A stretch of DNA of 64,000 nucleotides from the NCBI RefSeq assembly GCF_009914755.1, contig NC_060929.1. One strand, written 5' to 3'. The translations under genes and the position numbers were made by a program. The stretch's first letter is position 1. Each line of letters begins with the position of its first letter. The stretch comes from the human T2T-CHM13v2.0 reference genome, Homo sapiens. The notes under the pieces were generated by a model. That model did not search any database and was not told the DNA's origin. It saw nothing but the letters and a program-made list of their open reading frames with translations. Of this stretch, positions 32,320 through 53,838 are shown piece after piece.

Positions 32320-33790
32320 CAGCTCTATGAAGATATAATTGATAAATAACACTGATTTAAGGACATTTGGTAAGGTTTGTCATATGCATATACCTTTAAA
32401 ATCATCACCACAATAAAAATAATGAACATATCCATCACTCTCTAAAGTTTCTTTGTATCCCTTGTAATCCTTCCTTCCTGTCCCTCCTCAAACCTACATA
32501 TATTCACAGGAACCACTAATCTGTTTTCTAGGATGATAGATTAGTTTTCGTTATCTAGAATTTTAAATACATGGAATTAAGCAGTATGTACACTTTTTGG
32601 TTTCTGCTTTCTTTCAGCACAATTATTTAGAGATTCATACACTTTTGCATACATCAATAGTCAATTATTTTATGGCTTGAAAGTATTTTATTGTATAAAT
32701 ATACAATAATTTGGATTTCCTTAACCTACTGATGAACACTCGGGCTCTCAGCTTTAGCACATTGCATATAATAAATGTGCACATGATAAATGTGCAATTA
32801 TTTGTGTGGACACATGCTTTCATATGTTTTGGACACATTTTATTACGATTATCAGTTTCTTTTTTATGCTACTTTAAATTGTATTATATTTTTATTTATA
32901 TTTATTTATGAATTGTTATTTATTTTTAATTGATAATATATAGAAATAAAATTTATTTTTATTTTGCATATTTGTATATTAATGTTACATATATGTTAAT
33001 ATATTTATATATTGATATGTTTAAATATTAATGTATATTAATATATTCGTGTAACAACTGCAGTTTTGCTAAAGTTACTTTTTTGGTAGATTCCATAAAA
33101 ATTTCTACTCAGATGATTACATCACCAGCACATGAGAACGGTTTTACTGTTCAAAGTGGATGCCATTTATTTCTTTTTCTTTGTCTTACTATATTAGCAA
33201 GAACCTCCAGGACAATGTTTAGGAATTGGTGAGAAGGGACATCCTTTCCTGGTTTCTGAACTCAGGGTGTATTAGTCTGTTCTAACACTGCTATAAGTAC
33301 ATACCCGAGACTGGGTCATTTTTAAAGGAAAGAGGTTACATTGACTAACAGTTCTGCAGGGCTGGGGAGTTCTCAGGAAACTTATGATCATGGCAGAAGG
33401 GGAAGCAAACATGTCCTTCATGTGGTGGCAGCAAGGAGAACTGCAGACTGAAGCGGGGAAAAGCTCCTTATAAAACCATCAGATCTCTTGAGAACTCACT
33501 TGCTATCACAAGAACAGCAGAAGGTAACTGCCCCCATGATTAAGTTACCTCCCATCCGGTCCCTCCCACCACATGTGTGGATTACAGGAACTAGAATTCA
33601 AGGTGAGATTTGGGTGGGGACACAGCCAAACCATATCACAGGGGGAAAGCCTTCAGTCTTGCACTATTAAGTATGGTGTTTTCATTAGATTTTCCATACA
33701 TTCTCCTTGTATTCCTAGTTTTAAGAGAGTTTGTATTAGTAATGAATGATGGATTTTGTCAAATGGTTCTCTGTGTCTATGGAAATGAGC
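32320..33790 (-). mobile_element. L1MC-like 3' region interrupted by THE1
   Basis: ATCACCACAATAAAAATAATGAACATATCCATCACT...; GGTGAGAAGGGACATCCTTT...GGGAAAGCCTTCAGTCTT continues across the LTR. Confidence 0.7.
33268..33638 (-). mobile_element. THE1D/C solo LTR
   Basis: TGTATTAGTC...CCAAACCATATCA termini with perfect 5-bp TSD CAGGG. Confidence 0.92.
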
Positions 33791-33931
33791 ATAGGCATAA
33801 GGGAGATTTATTTCAAGGAATTGGCTTATGAGGTTGTGGGGAATGAACAGTATCTTTTCTATAAAACAAGCCAAAAACAGCCTGGGAACTCAATGGCAGG
33901 TGCTTGTGCTGCAGTCTTGAGGCAGAATTTA

Positions 33932-34203
<272 letters not shown>

Positions 34204-34299
34204 TTACCGGAGATAAACTCCTTTATTTAAAGTGAACCAGTTGTAGACGTTAATGGCATATACAAAATATTTTCACAGCAATAAACGCATATTGGTTTA

Positions 34300-36675
34300 C
34301 AGACATAACTTCGAGATATTGTGGGTTCAGTTTCAGACCACCACATTAACGTGAATATCACAATAAAGCAGGTGTCACAATTTTTTTGGTTTTTCAGTGC
34401 ATATAAAAGTTATGATTACACTATACCTTAGTCTATTATGTGTGAAATAGCATCATGTCTACAAACATACATGCCTTAATTAAAATGCTTCATGCTAACA
34501 AATGTTAACTATCATCTTCAGTGAGTTGTAATCTTTTTCAGATGTATGGTCTTTCTTCAACTTTGATGGCTACTGACTGATTAGGATGGTAGTTGCTGAA
34601 GACTGGGGTGGCTGCGGCAATTTCTTAAAATAAGAAAGCAATGCAGTTTGTTGCATTATTTGACTCTTCCTTTCATGAAATATTTATGTGTAGCATGTGA
34701 TGCCATTTGATGGCATTTTACCCACAATAGAACATCTTTCAAAATTGGATGGAGTCAATCCTTTCAAACCTTGCTACTTCCTTATTAACTAAGTTTATGT
34801 AATACACTAAATTATTTGTTGTCATTTCAACAATGTTCATAACATCTTCACTATGAGTGCATTCCAACTAGAGAAACCATTCCTTTTGTTCATCTATAAG
34901 AAGCACTTCCTCTTCCATTAAAATTTTATCATGAGATGACAGCAATTTATTCAGATCTTCAGGGTCCACTTCTAATTCTAGGTTTTTGGTATTTTCACAA
35001 CATCTGCAGTTACTTCCTCCACTGAAGTCTTGACTCATTCAAGGTCATCCATGGGGTTTGGAATCCACTTCTTCCAAACTCCTGTTAACGTTGATGTTTT
35101 CACCTTTTTCCATAAATGATGAATGTTCTTAATAGCATCTAGAATGATGACTTCTTTCCACAAGATTTTCAATTTTCTTAGCACAGGTCCATCAGAGGAA
35201 TCACTATTTATAGCAGCTATAGGTTTATGAAGTACATTTCTTAACTAATAACACTTGTAAGTCAAAATTGCTCCTTGATCCATGTGCTGCAGAATGGATG
35301 CTGTGTTATGTATGCAAACAACATTGATCTCTTTGTAGGGCTCTTGTGTAACTAGGTGCATTGTCAATGAGCAGTAATATTTTGAAGGAAATCTTTTTTT
35401 CTGAGCAGTAAATCTCAAAAATGGGTATAAATCTTCAGTAAACCATGCTACAAATAGATGTGCTATTATCCAGGCTTTGTTGTTTCATTGATAGAGCACA
35501 GGCAGAGTAAATTTAATTATTAAGGGCCCTAGGATTAATGGAAAGATGAATGAGCATTGGCTTCCACTTATCACAAGCTGCTTTAGCCCCTAACAAGAAA
35601 GTCATCCTGTCCTTTAAAGCTTTGAAACCAGGCAATGACTTCTTTTGAGCTATCAAAGTCCCAGATGACATCTTATTCCAACAGAAGATTGCCTTATCTA
35701 CAATACAAATCTGTTATTTAATGTAGACACCTTCATCATTTAGCTCAGCTAGATCTTCTGTATAACTAGCCGCAGCTTCTATATCAACACTTACTACTCC
35801 ATCTGGTACTTTTATGTTATGGGGACAGCTTCTTTCCTTAAATCTCTAGAACTCACTACGACTATCTTTAAATTTTCCTCTGCAGCTTCCTCACCTCTCT
35901 CAGCCTTCACAGAATTGAAGAGAATAGAGCCTTGTTGTAGGTTAGGCTTTGGCTTAAAAGAATGCTATGGCTTGCTTCATCCTCTATCCAGATCACTAAT
36001 ATTTTCTCCATATCATCTATAGGCCTCTTTGGTTTTATCATCATTCATAAAGTTCACTGGAGCAGCACTTTAACTTCCTTCCAAAATTTTTCCTTTGCAT
36101 TTACAATGTAGTTAACTGATGCAGGAGATCTAGTTTTTGGCCTGTCTTTGTGTTTTGGCATGCTTTCCTCAGTAAACTTAATCATTTCTGACTTTCAGTT
36201 GAAAGAGAGAGACTTGCAACTCTTCCTTTCCATGGAACATTTAGAGACTATTTTATATTATTAAATGGCCTAATTTTAATATTGTTGTGTCGCAGGAAAT
36301 AGGGAGGCCTAAGGAGAGGAAAAGAGATGAGGGAATGACCGGTCAGTGAAGCAGTGAGAACACACAGAACATTTATTCATTAGGTTAATCATTTTATATT
36401 GGTTTGGTTTGTGGTGGCCCAAACCAATTATAATAGTAACATGGAAGATGACTGATTGCAGATCACCATAACATATATAATAATCATTAGATATGTTGAA
36501 ATATTGTAGGAAATTACCAAAATGTGACACCGAGCTGCAAAATGAACACATGCTATTGGGAAAATGCCACCAATAAACTTCCTTGCTGCAGCATTGTTAC
36601 AAACCTTTAATATGAAAAAAATGCAATATATGTGAAGCACAATAAAGCGAAGGGCAATAAATAGAAGGATGCTTG
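34300..36675 (-). mobile_element. Tigger1 (TcMar-Tigger) DNA transposon, near full length (about 2.4 kb), transposase decayed
   Basis: TA|CAGACATAACTTCGAGATATTGTGGGTT ... CAATAAAGCGAAGGGCAATAAATAGAAGGATGCTTG|TA; TA TSD. Confidence 0.92.
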
Positions 36676-37384
36676 TATGTGAAAAACTGGGGACTACAGT
36701 CTAGCCAAGTTGCCATATAAACCTGCCAGCCACATTTACCTAACAGATTTGAATATGGCACTCTTTCTTTTATGATTGATCCTACTCTGTAAATGATTGT
36801 CCTATTAGGTTAAGTTCGAGCTCCTTACCTTGGTTATTGAGATACTGACACTATTTCCTTCTATGCTCTGTATTTTCCTTTAGCTTATGCTTTATCTGTG
36901 CTCTTGCTCTAATCTCTTGAAATCCTCTCATCTCAAAGGATCAGACATCGATTTGTTCTTCCTTTTAATTGTGGTTACATGTACTTTGTTATGCATTTAG
37001 AACTTAAATTATATCCTTAAAATATCCTTTGAATATCTTTATACATGGTTTTATGCAATTGCAATCTCTCCACAGGCCAAGGCTTATGAATCCTGTGTCA
37101 TCCAGATTCCATACAAAGTGAAGTTACACATAGTACATATTTCTAAAATAGTTTTTTAATTAAAATTACAGAACTTGACAGAATGCCATAATACTAGAAT
37201 TTTGCTCTGGTAAATGAATAATTAAAATTGTAATGAACTATTTTTAAACATAATGGTTTCAAATAAAGGTTATTTTCTTCCTGATCTTTTCTTTCTTCAT
37301 GGGACCTCACAGAAACACTTTATACAGTATTGCCAGGTTCCTCTTTCATTGAAATGAACCTAATCAAATGGATAAAATCTATTA

Positions 37385-37740
<356 letters not shown>

Positions 37741-38264
37741 TTAAAACAATCATTTGAAATTAGTTCAATATTGTATTACATTGTATTACATATGTTATTA
37801 CTTCTAATGGAACTATTTAAATGTAGAAACAATCATTCATTCACATAATGTGCCATTTGTCACAAGACGTGAATAATAATCAAGTGCTTCCTAACAAGTA
37901 CATATGATCATCAACATTCATCAAGGTAAACACAGAGAGTCAGGAAAAAAAGAAAGAAAACAAAAAATAAACATACCATGAAAACAACCACCAAGCCTAC
38001 AACTAAATTTATTTTCTAAAATAATGCTAAATACAAATATTAATAAATATTAGAAACAGATGGAAAGAGATACATTACATTAAGGGGAAAACTACATAGA
38101 GAAATGTCACAATTATGCCTGGTAAGACTTAAAAATATTATTTTTCTCGTATTGAAAATTTGAGCAAAATTTATTTGAGTAGTAAATATCAAATATTAAT
38201 ACTAGTAATACCTACTTATACTACTAATAATACCTACTATATACTTAATTAAAATATGCCTACA

Positions 38265-39482
38265 CTAGCCATATGCAGAAGACTGACACTGACTGCTTTC
38301 TTACACCATATAAAAAAACAACTCAAGATGGTTATTGTTTACATATAAGACCTAAAACAATAAAATCTCTGAAGACAAGCTAGGAAATACCATTCTGGGT
38401 GCAGGCTCTGGCAAAAATTTCATGACAAAGACTCCAAAAGCAAATGCAACCGAAACAAAAATTGACAAGCGGGATCTAATTAAACTAAAGAGCTTCAGTA
38501 CAGCAAAAGAAACTATCAACAGAGTAAACAGACAACCTACAGAATGGGAGAAAAGATTTGCAAACTGTATATCTGACAATGGTCTAATTCCACAATATAT
38601 AAGGAATTTAAACAAATCAGCAAGAAAAAGCAAATAACCCCATTAAAAAAATAAGCAAAGGACATGAGCAGACATTTCACAAAAGACATTCATGAGGCCA
38701 ACAAATGAAAAAATGCTCAATATTACTAATCACTAGAGAAATGTAAATCAAAAGCACAATGAGATACCATCTAGTACCGGTCAGAACGACTATTGTTAAA
38801 AGATTAAAAAAAAATGCTGGTGAGGCTGAGGCTGTGGAGAAAAGAAAATGTTTACAGATTGTTGGTGGGAATGTAAATTAGTAAATTAGTTCAGCCACTA
38901 TGGAAAGTAGTTTAGAGATTTCTCAAATAACTTACAATAGGACTATGATCTATGATTCGACCCACAAATCCCACTATTGAGTTTACACCCAAACGAAAAT
39001 AAACTCGCACCCATAGCACTTCATAGGAGTTCTACTCTCATAGCAAAGACATGGAATCAACCAAGATGCCCATTAATGGTGGACTGGATAAAGAAAATAT
39101 GGTACATATACACCGTGGAATACTCTGCAACCATAAAAGAGAATGAAATTATGTCCTTGGCAGTAATATGGATGGAGCTGGAGGCCCATATTTTAGTGAA
39201 TTAATGCAGAAACAGAAATCCAAATACTGCATGTTCTCACTTGTACGTGGAAGCTAAATACTGAATAAACATGGGAACAAAGACAGGAACAACAGGTACT
39301 TGGAACTGCTTGAGGGAGGAGAGAGGAAAGTGGTGTGTGGGTGGCAAGGTTACTTATCAGGTACTATAGTGACTCTCTTAGTTCCAGGATCACTTGTACA
39401 CCAAGCCTCAGCAACATGCAACTTAACTATGTAACAAACCTGAACATGTACCCTCTGAACCTAAAATAAAAGTAGAAAAAAA
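38265..39482 (+). mobile_element. 5'-truncated old primate L1 (L1PA15/16-like)
   Basis: ORF 38422-38637 [25 protein letters not shown]; 3' end GAACCTAAAATAAAAGTAGAAAAA. Confidence 0.85.
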
Positions 39483-39664
39483 TATATACCTAGACTTTCT
39501 TGGGACATTAAATATTTTTCATGATTAAATGGAATATTCAGGAATATCTGTAGATACGTATCTTTTAGAATTCTATTCAGGACTTGATTTTGTTCTCTCT
39601 GGGAAAAGTGAAAACTAAACATAGAATACACACACACATACACAATGCATATGTATGGATAATA

Positions 39665-39822
39665 CCTACATTGGTGAGGGCAGAATTTGTTTACTCAATC
39701 TACTGATTCAGTTGTCATTTTTTTTCCCAAAAACACCTTCAGAGACATACAAATAATGTTTTGTCAGCTACCTAGGCATCCCTTAACCCAGTCAAGTTGA
39801 CACATAAATTTAACCATCACAA
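39665..39822 (-). mobile_element. MLT2 LTR fragment
   Basis: CCCAGTCAAGTTGACACATAAATTTAACCATCACA terminus. Confidence 0.75.
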
Positions 39823-42599
39823 TAGTCTTTGTTTCAAATGCATGCTCATTCCGACTTCCATTAGAGGTTACATAATTAGTTTATAGCAGAAGGCATGATT
39901 GGCTAACCTTAAAATATGGAATAATAAAAAAAGCAATGAAATTATTGTAAATTGAATTTGCTTTTGCTGTAACAAAATATTAATTAAAATTATAAATGAA
40001 TTAGCTGAATTTTAAACTGTGTATAACCCCAAAATTTTACATTTCAAACAAATATTCAAACACAAAGTAGTCAAAATTCCAAACTCACTCAAAGTACTGA
40101 GAAAATGGCTCTTTTATTTTGTTAATTTCTAAACTTTTGTTGTGGTCCTTGTTTACATCATTTTAGTTTCAAAGAATTCACCTAAAATTGTACATCTATA
40201 CATGTCTATGGTTCAAAGTTCAGTGTAGAAGGCTACTGTCAAAGTTGTGAAAAAAAAATAATAATAAGAGTATGGTTACCTGCTTTTGAAGAAAATGCTC
40301 CTATACTTTTTGATGTTTTAAATTGTTTGGAAGACATTGAAATAGATATAGTGAGAAACTAACACTTTTTGTTTGCCATAAGATTATTAATTAGTTTTAT
40401 TTTTTATTTGTTTGTGCTTTAGAATAAAACACAAGAATACCATAAATTTTGGAGAAATTAATCAAAATCCCTAAACTATACTAAGGGGTTTTAATCTATA
40501 ACTTACCTTTTTTTATTCAAGTTGTTTGAATGAAACGTAATTTTCTCAACATCTATGTTTTCTTATTTATAATATAGAATTATTAATACGATTAATAATG
40601 CTTTCACAGCTATCAGAGTTGTAAAATTATATAAAAACATGCATGTATTTGGAAGTCTTGTGTAAATATATTTATATTAAACATTTTAAATTTAATTTCT
40701 AGCTTCTGTTAACTTTTAAGAGTTTACCTAAAAAGAAAAGTGTAACTAAGGCAGAGAGACAAATTGGAGTTGGTGATCTCTTCAGTACAACAGCAAAATA
40801 AAGTAGAAAAGGAGATAAATGGGACAGCACTGGATAGATGTAAGAATCATAAATAAACATACACAGAGTACAAAAAGAAAGATGTTAAAAAATAGAGAAG
40901 AGATAACTTTTGTAGGTGCAATGATTCTCATACTATATTTCTTTATTTCTCTAGATTACTGTAGAGAGAATTCTCTATGCCCTTGTGCCTCCATTTCTAT
41001 TCAAACTCATTTTCGCTTACAGTCACTGCTTTCCCTGAGATTTCTCCAGCCACCTCTCTGTGAAAGGAGTATTGATTGAGTGATAAAGCAAATCCAGTTA
41101 TATGGCTGTGGTGATCTCATTTCACAAAAGAGTCTGGAGAAATAAATGTGTCCTTAGAGTAAACTTAGGATCACTTAACAGTTTTGAAATCCTGAAATGC
41201 CAACCAAAAGAACGTTTCCAGGGGAAAGAAATGGATAAAAAGAGCATGAGTCAGAATAATGCCAAACGAGAGAAAAAGCAAAATGTTCAGCCCAGAAAGA
41301 GTACCTGGACAAAGAGAAAGAGTGACTAATGATGTATAAATTTCCTCCGAAATTTTTCCGTATTAGGAACTAGGCATGCAATAGGATTCAAGATATTTCT
41401 TAAAGGGACACCAGGTTACAGTTTATTCTTTCTTTCTTTTTTTGTTTTCTCGTCTTCTATCCTTTTTATCTTTGTTTTCTATTTAGATATTTCAGATAAT
41501 TTATTTTGAAGATATACTCAGCTCTATTTGTAATGCCTTCAGCATGTGGATTTCATTAAAATATGATTATAGTATCAGGCTACCTTGAATAGAGATGGTT
41601 TAAGGGAAGAGTACAACATGAATTTATAGTAGAATGAAATAATTTAATCTGGGAGAAACTGCCAACAGTGTAAGGGACATTGGTAACAATTAAATGGCCC
41701 AATTTGGGAACTTAGGACCAAAGAGTAAAATCAATTATTGCAGAAGATTCTTAATGTTAGTAGAATGGGAGTGTCCAGATCAGCATACCTAGGAAAAGTC
41801 AGATTATGAGAGCAGTGATGGGATAAGTGTTGAAAATGGGAAAGCAGTGATCAACAGTTGATTAGCTTGGAATGTTAAGCAAACAAAAATATAAAACTAG
41901 AGCACACTAGCAGTAATGCAAGTGATGTACCAAAACGGTTGTCTATGTTTACAAGGTCAGATGAGAGCCAAATTTCCTAGCCCCCATAGTGTGAAAAAAG
42001 AGTTTAAGGGAATTTAATGTCTTTGTCTTTGTTTTTTTTTTCTTAAACAACTGACAAGGACCCCAAAACACCCCTATGATAATTACCATTCAATTCATTT
42101 TTTCAATTCCCTCCTTCATTTTCTTTATCTTTTTGCAGGAACCAGACAAATCTTATTTCTGTGTGTTGGACCTTTGTCTGTGCACCTAAAATTAAAATTG
42201 TTTCAGACTGTCTTAGCATGAACTGGTTTCCTATGAATAATATGTCTGCTTGAAGGGTCCACTTATCCAAAATATAACACTTTGTGGAATCAAACTTTTG
42301 ACAATTTCACTTTGAGTGTTATCAAAATAAATGTAATGGTAATAAAAGTAACTACAACAGCACGCTTAATAACAATACTGTAGATGATGATATAAAAATC
42401 TTGAGTATTATACCATATCTAATTTGACAATGGTAGGGTACGTGGTTCAGAATAATTCTCCTGCTGAAAACTAGTAAAGCTAGACTATATATGTGTGTAT
42501 ATGCAACACATATGTACTCACATATAGAAAAAGGTGTGTCAACTTGCATGGCCTTAAGAATGAGTCCCCCCCTTATAACTTCAGGTTACATGCCTCACG

Positions 42600-46570
<3,971 letters not shown>

Positions 46571-47134
46571 TCAATATATGTCCCTGAGAATATTAACTTT
46601 CAGAATTCAGTGCATTATATTATAAAAAAATTGGTTGAATTTCTCTTCCCTAATAATTCATTAAGCAGGATATGTACAGATACACTTACTGAGTGAGTTA
46701 TACTAAAGTTATTGGCAAATTGCTAGTCCATGGAAGTTCTGGAGTTAATAACACATGCCACTCTACTTATCCAATAGAAAGTATCACTGTGCTCTAGTTT
46801 ACCTATTTCTACGTGTGACTAATAATACATACCTGTGTAGCATTTGCAGAAAACGGGATTAACTTGTACAACCCCATCTATAATTTGAATAGATTGCACT
46901 AAACAATCTTAATAATAACTTTTTTTTAAATTATACTTTAAATTTTAGGGTACATGTGCACATTGTGCAGGTTAGTTACATATGTATACATGTGCCATGC
47001 TGGTGCGCTGCACCCACTAACTCGTCATCTAGCATTAGGTATATCTCCCAATACTATCCCTCCCCCCTCCCCCCACCCCACCACAGTTCCCAGAGTGTGA
47101 TATTCCCCTTCCTGTGTCCATGTGATCTCATTGT

Positions 47135-50981
<3,847 letters not shown>

Positions 50982-51017
50982 TTAGTTGATGCAGTTTCTT
51001 CCTAGTCTCGATGGTCT

Positions 51018-52031
51018 TTACATTTTGGCATGATTTTGCCGCGGCTGGTACCAGTTGTTCCTTTCCATGTTTAGCGCTTCCTTCAGGACCTCTTTTAGGG
51101 CAGGCCTGGTGGTGACAAAATCTCTCAGTATTTGCTTGTCTGTGAAGTATTTTATTTCTCCTTCACTTATGAAGCTTAGTTTGGCTGGATATGAAATTCT
51201 GGGTTGAAAATTCTTTTATTTAAGAATGTTGAATATTGGCCCCCACTCTCTTCTGGCTTGTAGGGTTTCTGCCGAGAGATCCGCTGTTAGTCTGATGGGC
51301 TTCCCTTTGAGGATAACCCGACCTTTCTCTCTGGCTGCCCTTAACATTTTTTCCTTCATTTCAACTTTGGTGAATCTGACAATTATGTGTCTTGGAGTTG
51401 CTCTTCTCGAGGAGTATCTTTGTGGCATTCTCTGTATTTCCTGAATCTGAACGTTGGCCTGCCTTGCTAGATTGGGGAAGTTCTGGATAATATCCTGTAG
51501 AGTGTTTTCCAACTTGGTTCCATTCTCTCCGTCACTTTCAGGTACACCAATCAGATGTAGATTTGGTCTTTTCACATAGTCCCATATTTCTTGGAGGCTT
51601 TTCTCATTTCTTTTTATTCTTTTTTCTCTAAACTTCCCTTCTCGCTTCATTTCATTCATTTCATCTTTCATTGCTGATACCCTTTCTTCCAGTTGATCAC
51701 ATCGGCTCCTGAGGCTTCTGCATTCTTCACGTAGTTCTCGAGCCTTAGTTTTCAGCTCCACCAGCTCCTTTAGGCACTTCTCTGTATTGGTTATTCTAGT
51801 TATACATTCTTCTAAATTTTTTTCAAAGTTTTCAACTTCTTTGCCTTTGGTTTGAATGTCCTCCCGTAGCTCAGAGTAATTTGATCGTCTGAAGCCTTCT
51901 TCTCTCAGCTGGTCAAAGTCGTTCTCCGTCCAGCTTTGTTCCATTGCTGGTGAGGAACTGCATTCCTTTGGAGGAGGAGAGGCGCTCTGCTTTTTAGAGT
52001 TTCCAGTTTTTCTGTTCTGTTTTTTCCCCAT
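51018..52031 (-). pseudogene. L1 ORF1 of copy B; open for 271 aa (one codon deleted), then GAA>TAA at the consensus E273 position
   Basis: ORF 51216-52031 ends WGPIFNILK*; reads DIIQNF instead of DIIQENF. Confidence 0.95.
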
Positions 52032-52942
52032 CTTTGTGGTTTTATCTACTTTTGGTCTTTGATGATGGTGATGTACAGATGGGTTTTTGGTGTGGATGTC
52101 CTTTATGTTTGTTAGTTTTCCTTGTAACAGACAGGACCCTCAGCTGCAGGTCTGTTGGAATACCCTGCCGTGTTAGGTGTCAGTGTGCCCCTGCTGGGGG
52201 TTGCCTCCCAGTTAGGCTGCTCGGGGGTCAGGGGCCAGGGACCCACTTGAGGAGGCAGTCTGCCCGTTCTCAGATCTCCAGCTGCGTGCTGGGAGAACCA
52301 CTGCTCTCTTCAAAGCTGTCAGACAGGGACATTTAAGTCTGCAGAGGTTACTGCTGTCTTTTTGTTTGTCTGTGCCCTGCCCCCAGAGGTGGAGCCTACA
52401 GAGGCAGGCAGGCCTCCTTGAGCTGTGGTGGGCTCCACCCAGTTCGAGCTTCCTGGCTGCTTTGTTTACCTAAGCAAGCCTGGGCAATGGCGGGCGCCCC
52501 TCCCCCAGCCTCGCTGCCACCTTGCAGTTTGATCTCAGACTGCTGTGCTAGCAATCAGTGAGATTCCGTGGGCGTAGGACCCTGTTAGCCAGGTGTGGGA
52601 TATAATCTCGTGGTGTGCCATTTTTTAAGCCAGTCTGAAAAGCGCAATATTCGGGTGGGAGTGACCCTATTTTCCAGGTGCGTCCGTCACCCCTTTCTTT
52701 GACTCGGAAAGGGAACTCCCTGACCCCTTGCGCTTCCCAAGTGAGGCAATGCCTCACCCTGCTTTGGCTTGCACACGGTGCGCGCACCCACTGGCCTGTG
52801 CCCACTGTCTGGCACTCCCTAGTGAGATGAACCCGGTACCTCAGATGGAAATGCAGAAATCACCCGTCTCCTGCATCGCTCACGCTGGGAGCTGTAGACC
52901 GGAGCTGTTCCTATTCGGCCATCTTGGCTCCAGAATCCCTCC
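52032..52942 (-). promoter_or_regulatory. L1 5'UTR promoter of copy B; YY1 site intact; ORF0 truncated by TGA at 52559-52561
   Basis: GGCCATCTTGG at 52917-52927; ORF0 ATG at 52487, CAG CGA changed to CAG TGA. Confidence 0.8.
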
Positions 52943-53838
52943 CTTAATAATAACTTTGAATGTGAACTTAATAAAATTACAGGCTTTCTAGCATCATCAT
53001 CATGTGACTGCAGTTTCATCTAGCTGACACTAGGTGGAGGATATATTACATAAGTAACGTTTGACTTGAGGCCAATATTTTCAAGTGTTTTGGCTTTCAG
53101 AGAATCCCAAGACAGCCATTCTTCAAATATTTGATCATTTTTGATTTATATGAACTTAATTTAAGACCAAAGTCAGAAATAATTAACATAATTATAATTA
53201 CTAAATTTGAACTGCAAGAATTATAAAAAAATAACTATAGGATGAACTCCCAACAGAACATATTCTGAGCACTTTAAATTATCTCTGTGATCTTGGCAAG
53301 ATTTTTTGCATCTCTAGGACTCTCTTGGGTAAAGTTACATTAGTGTTTTTTAAACATATTTAGTAGGAGAATGCTTTTGAAGGAAAAATAATAATATACA
53401 CACACAAAAAGCTATTGATGTTTAGGATAAATTGGGTGTGGAGTATACTTGCTTCTCCCTTTCCTAATCTTCCATCTGATATCATTTCAGGCGCTGCCGT
53501 TAAAACCAAATTTTCACAAAACACTCTAAAAATCACTGACCCTTGCTTTTCCTTGAAGATTTCTGATGAAATATTGTTGCTTTTCCTAGGTAATTGCTGC
53601 CGAAACCTGCTAAATTAAGCATTATCTGGAGCTTTGTAAAAAAAAGATAATAACAATACTGATGCCTGGGTCTTACATCAGAGTACATAAACTGAATCTG
53701 TGCAAATGGACCCCAAATATTGTTACTTAAAATACATTATCCTCTAATTTGGAAGTATAGTATTATATACATGTAATATTATACATGTAGCTTTAACTCT
53801 TTAATGTCTTTAGAAATCTGAGTTGTTTATTAAGCTCT

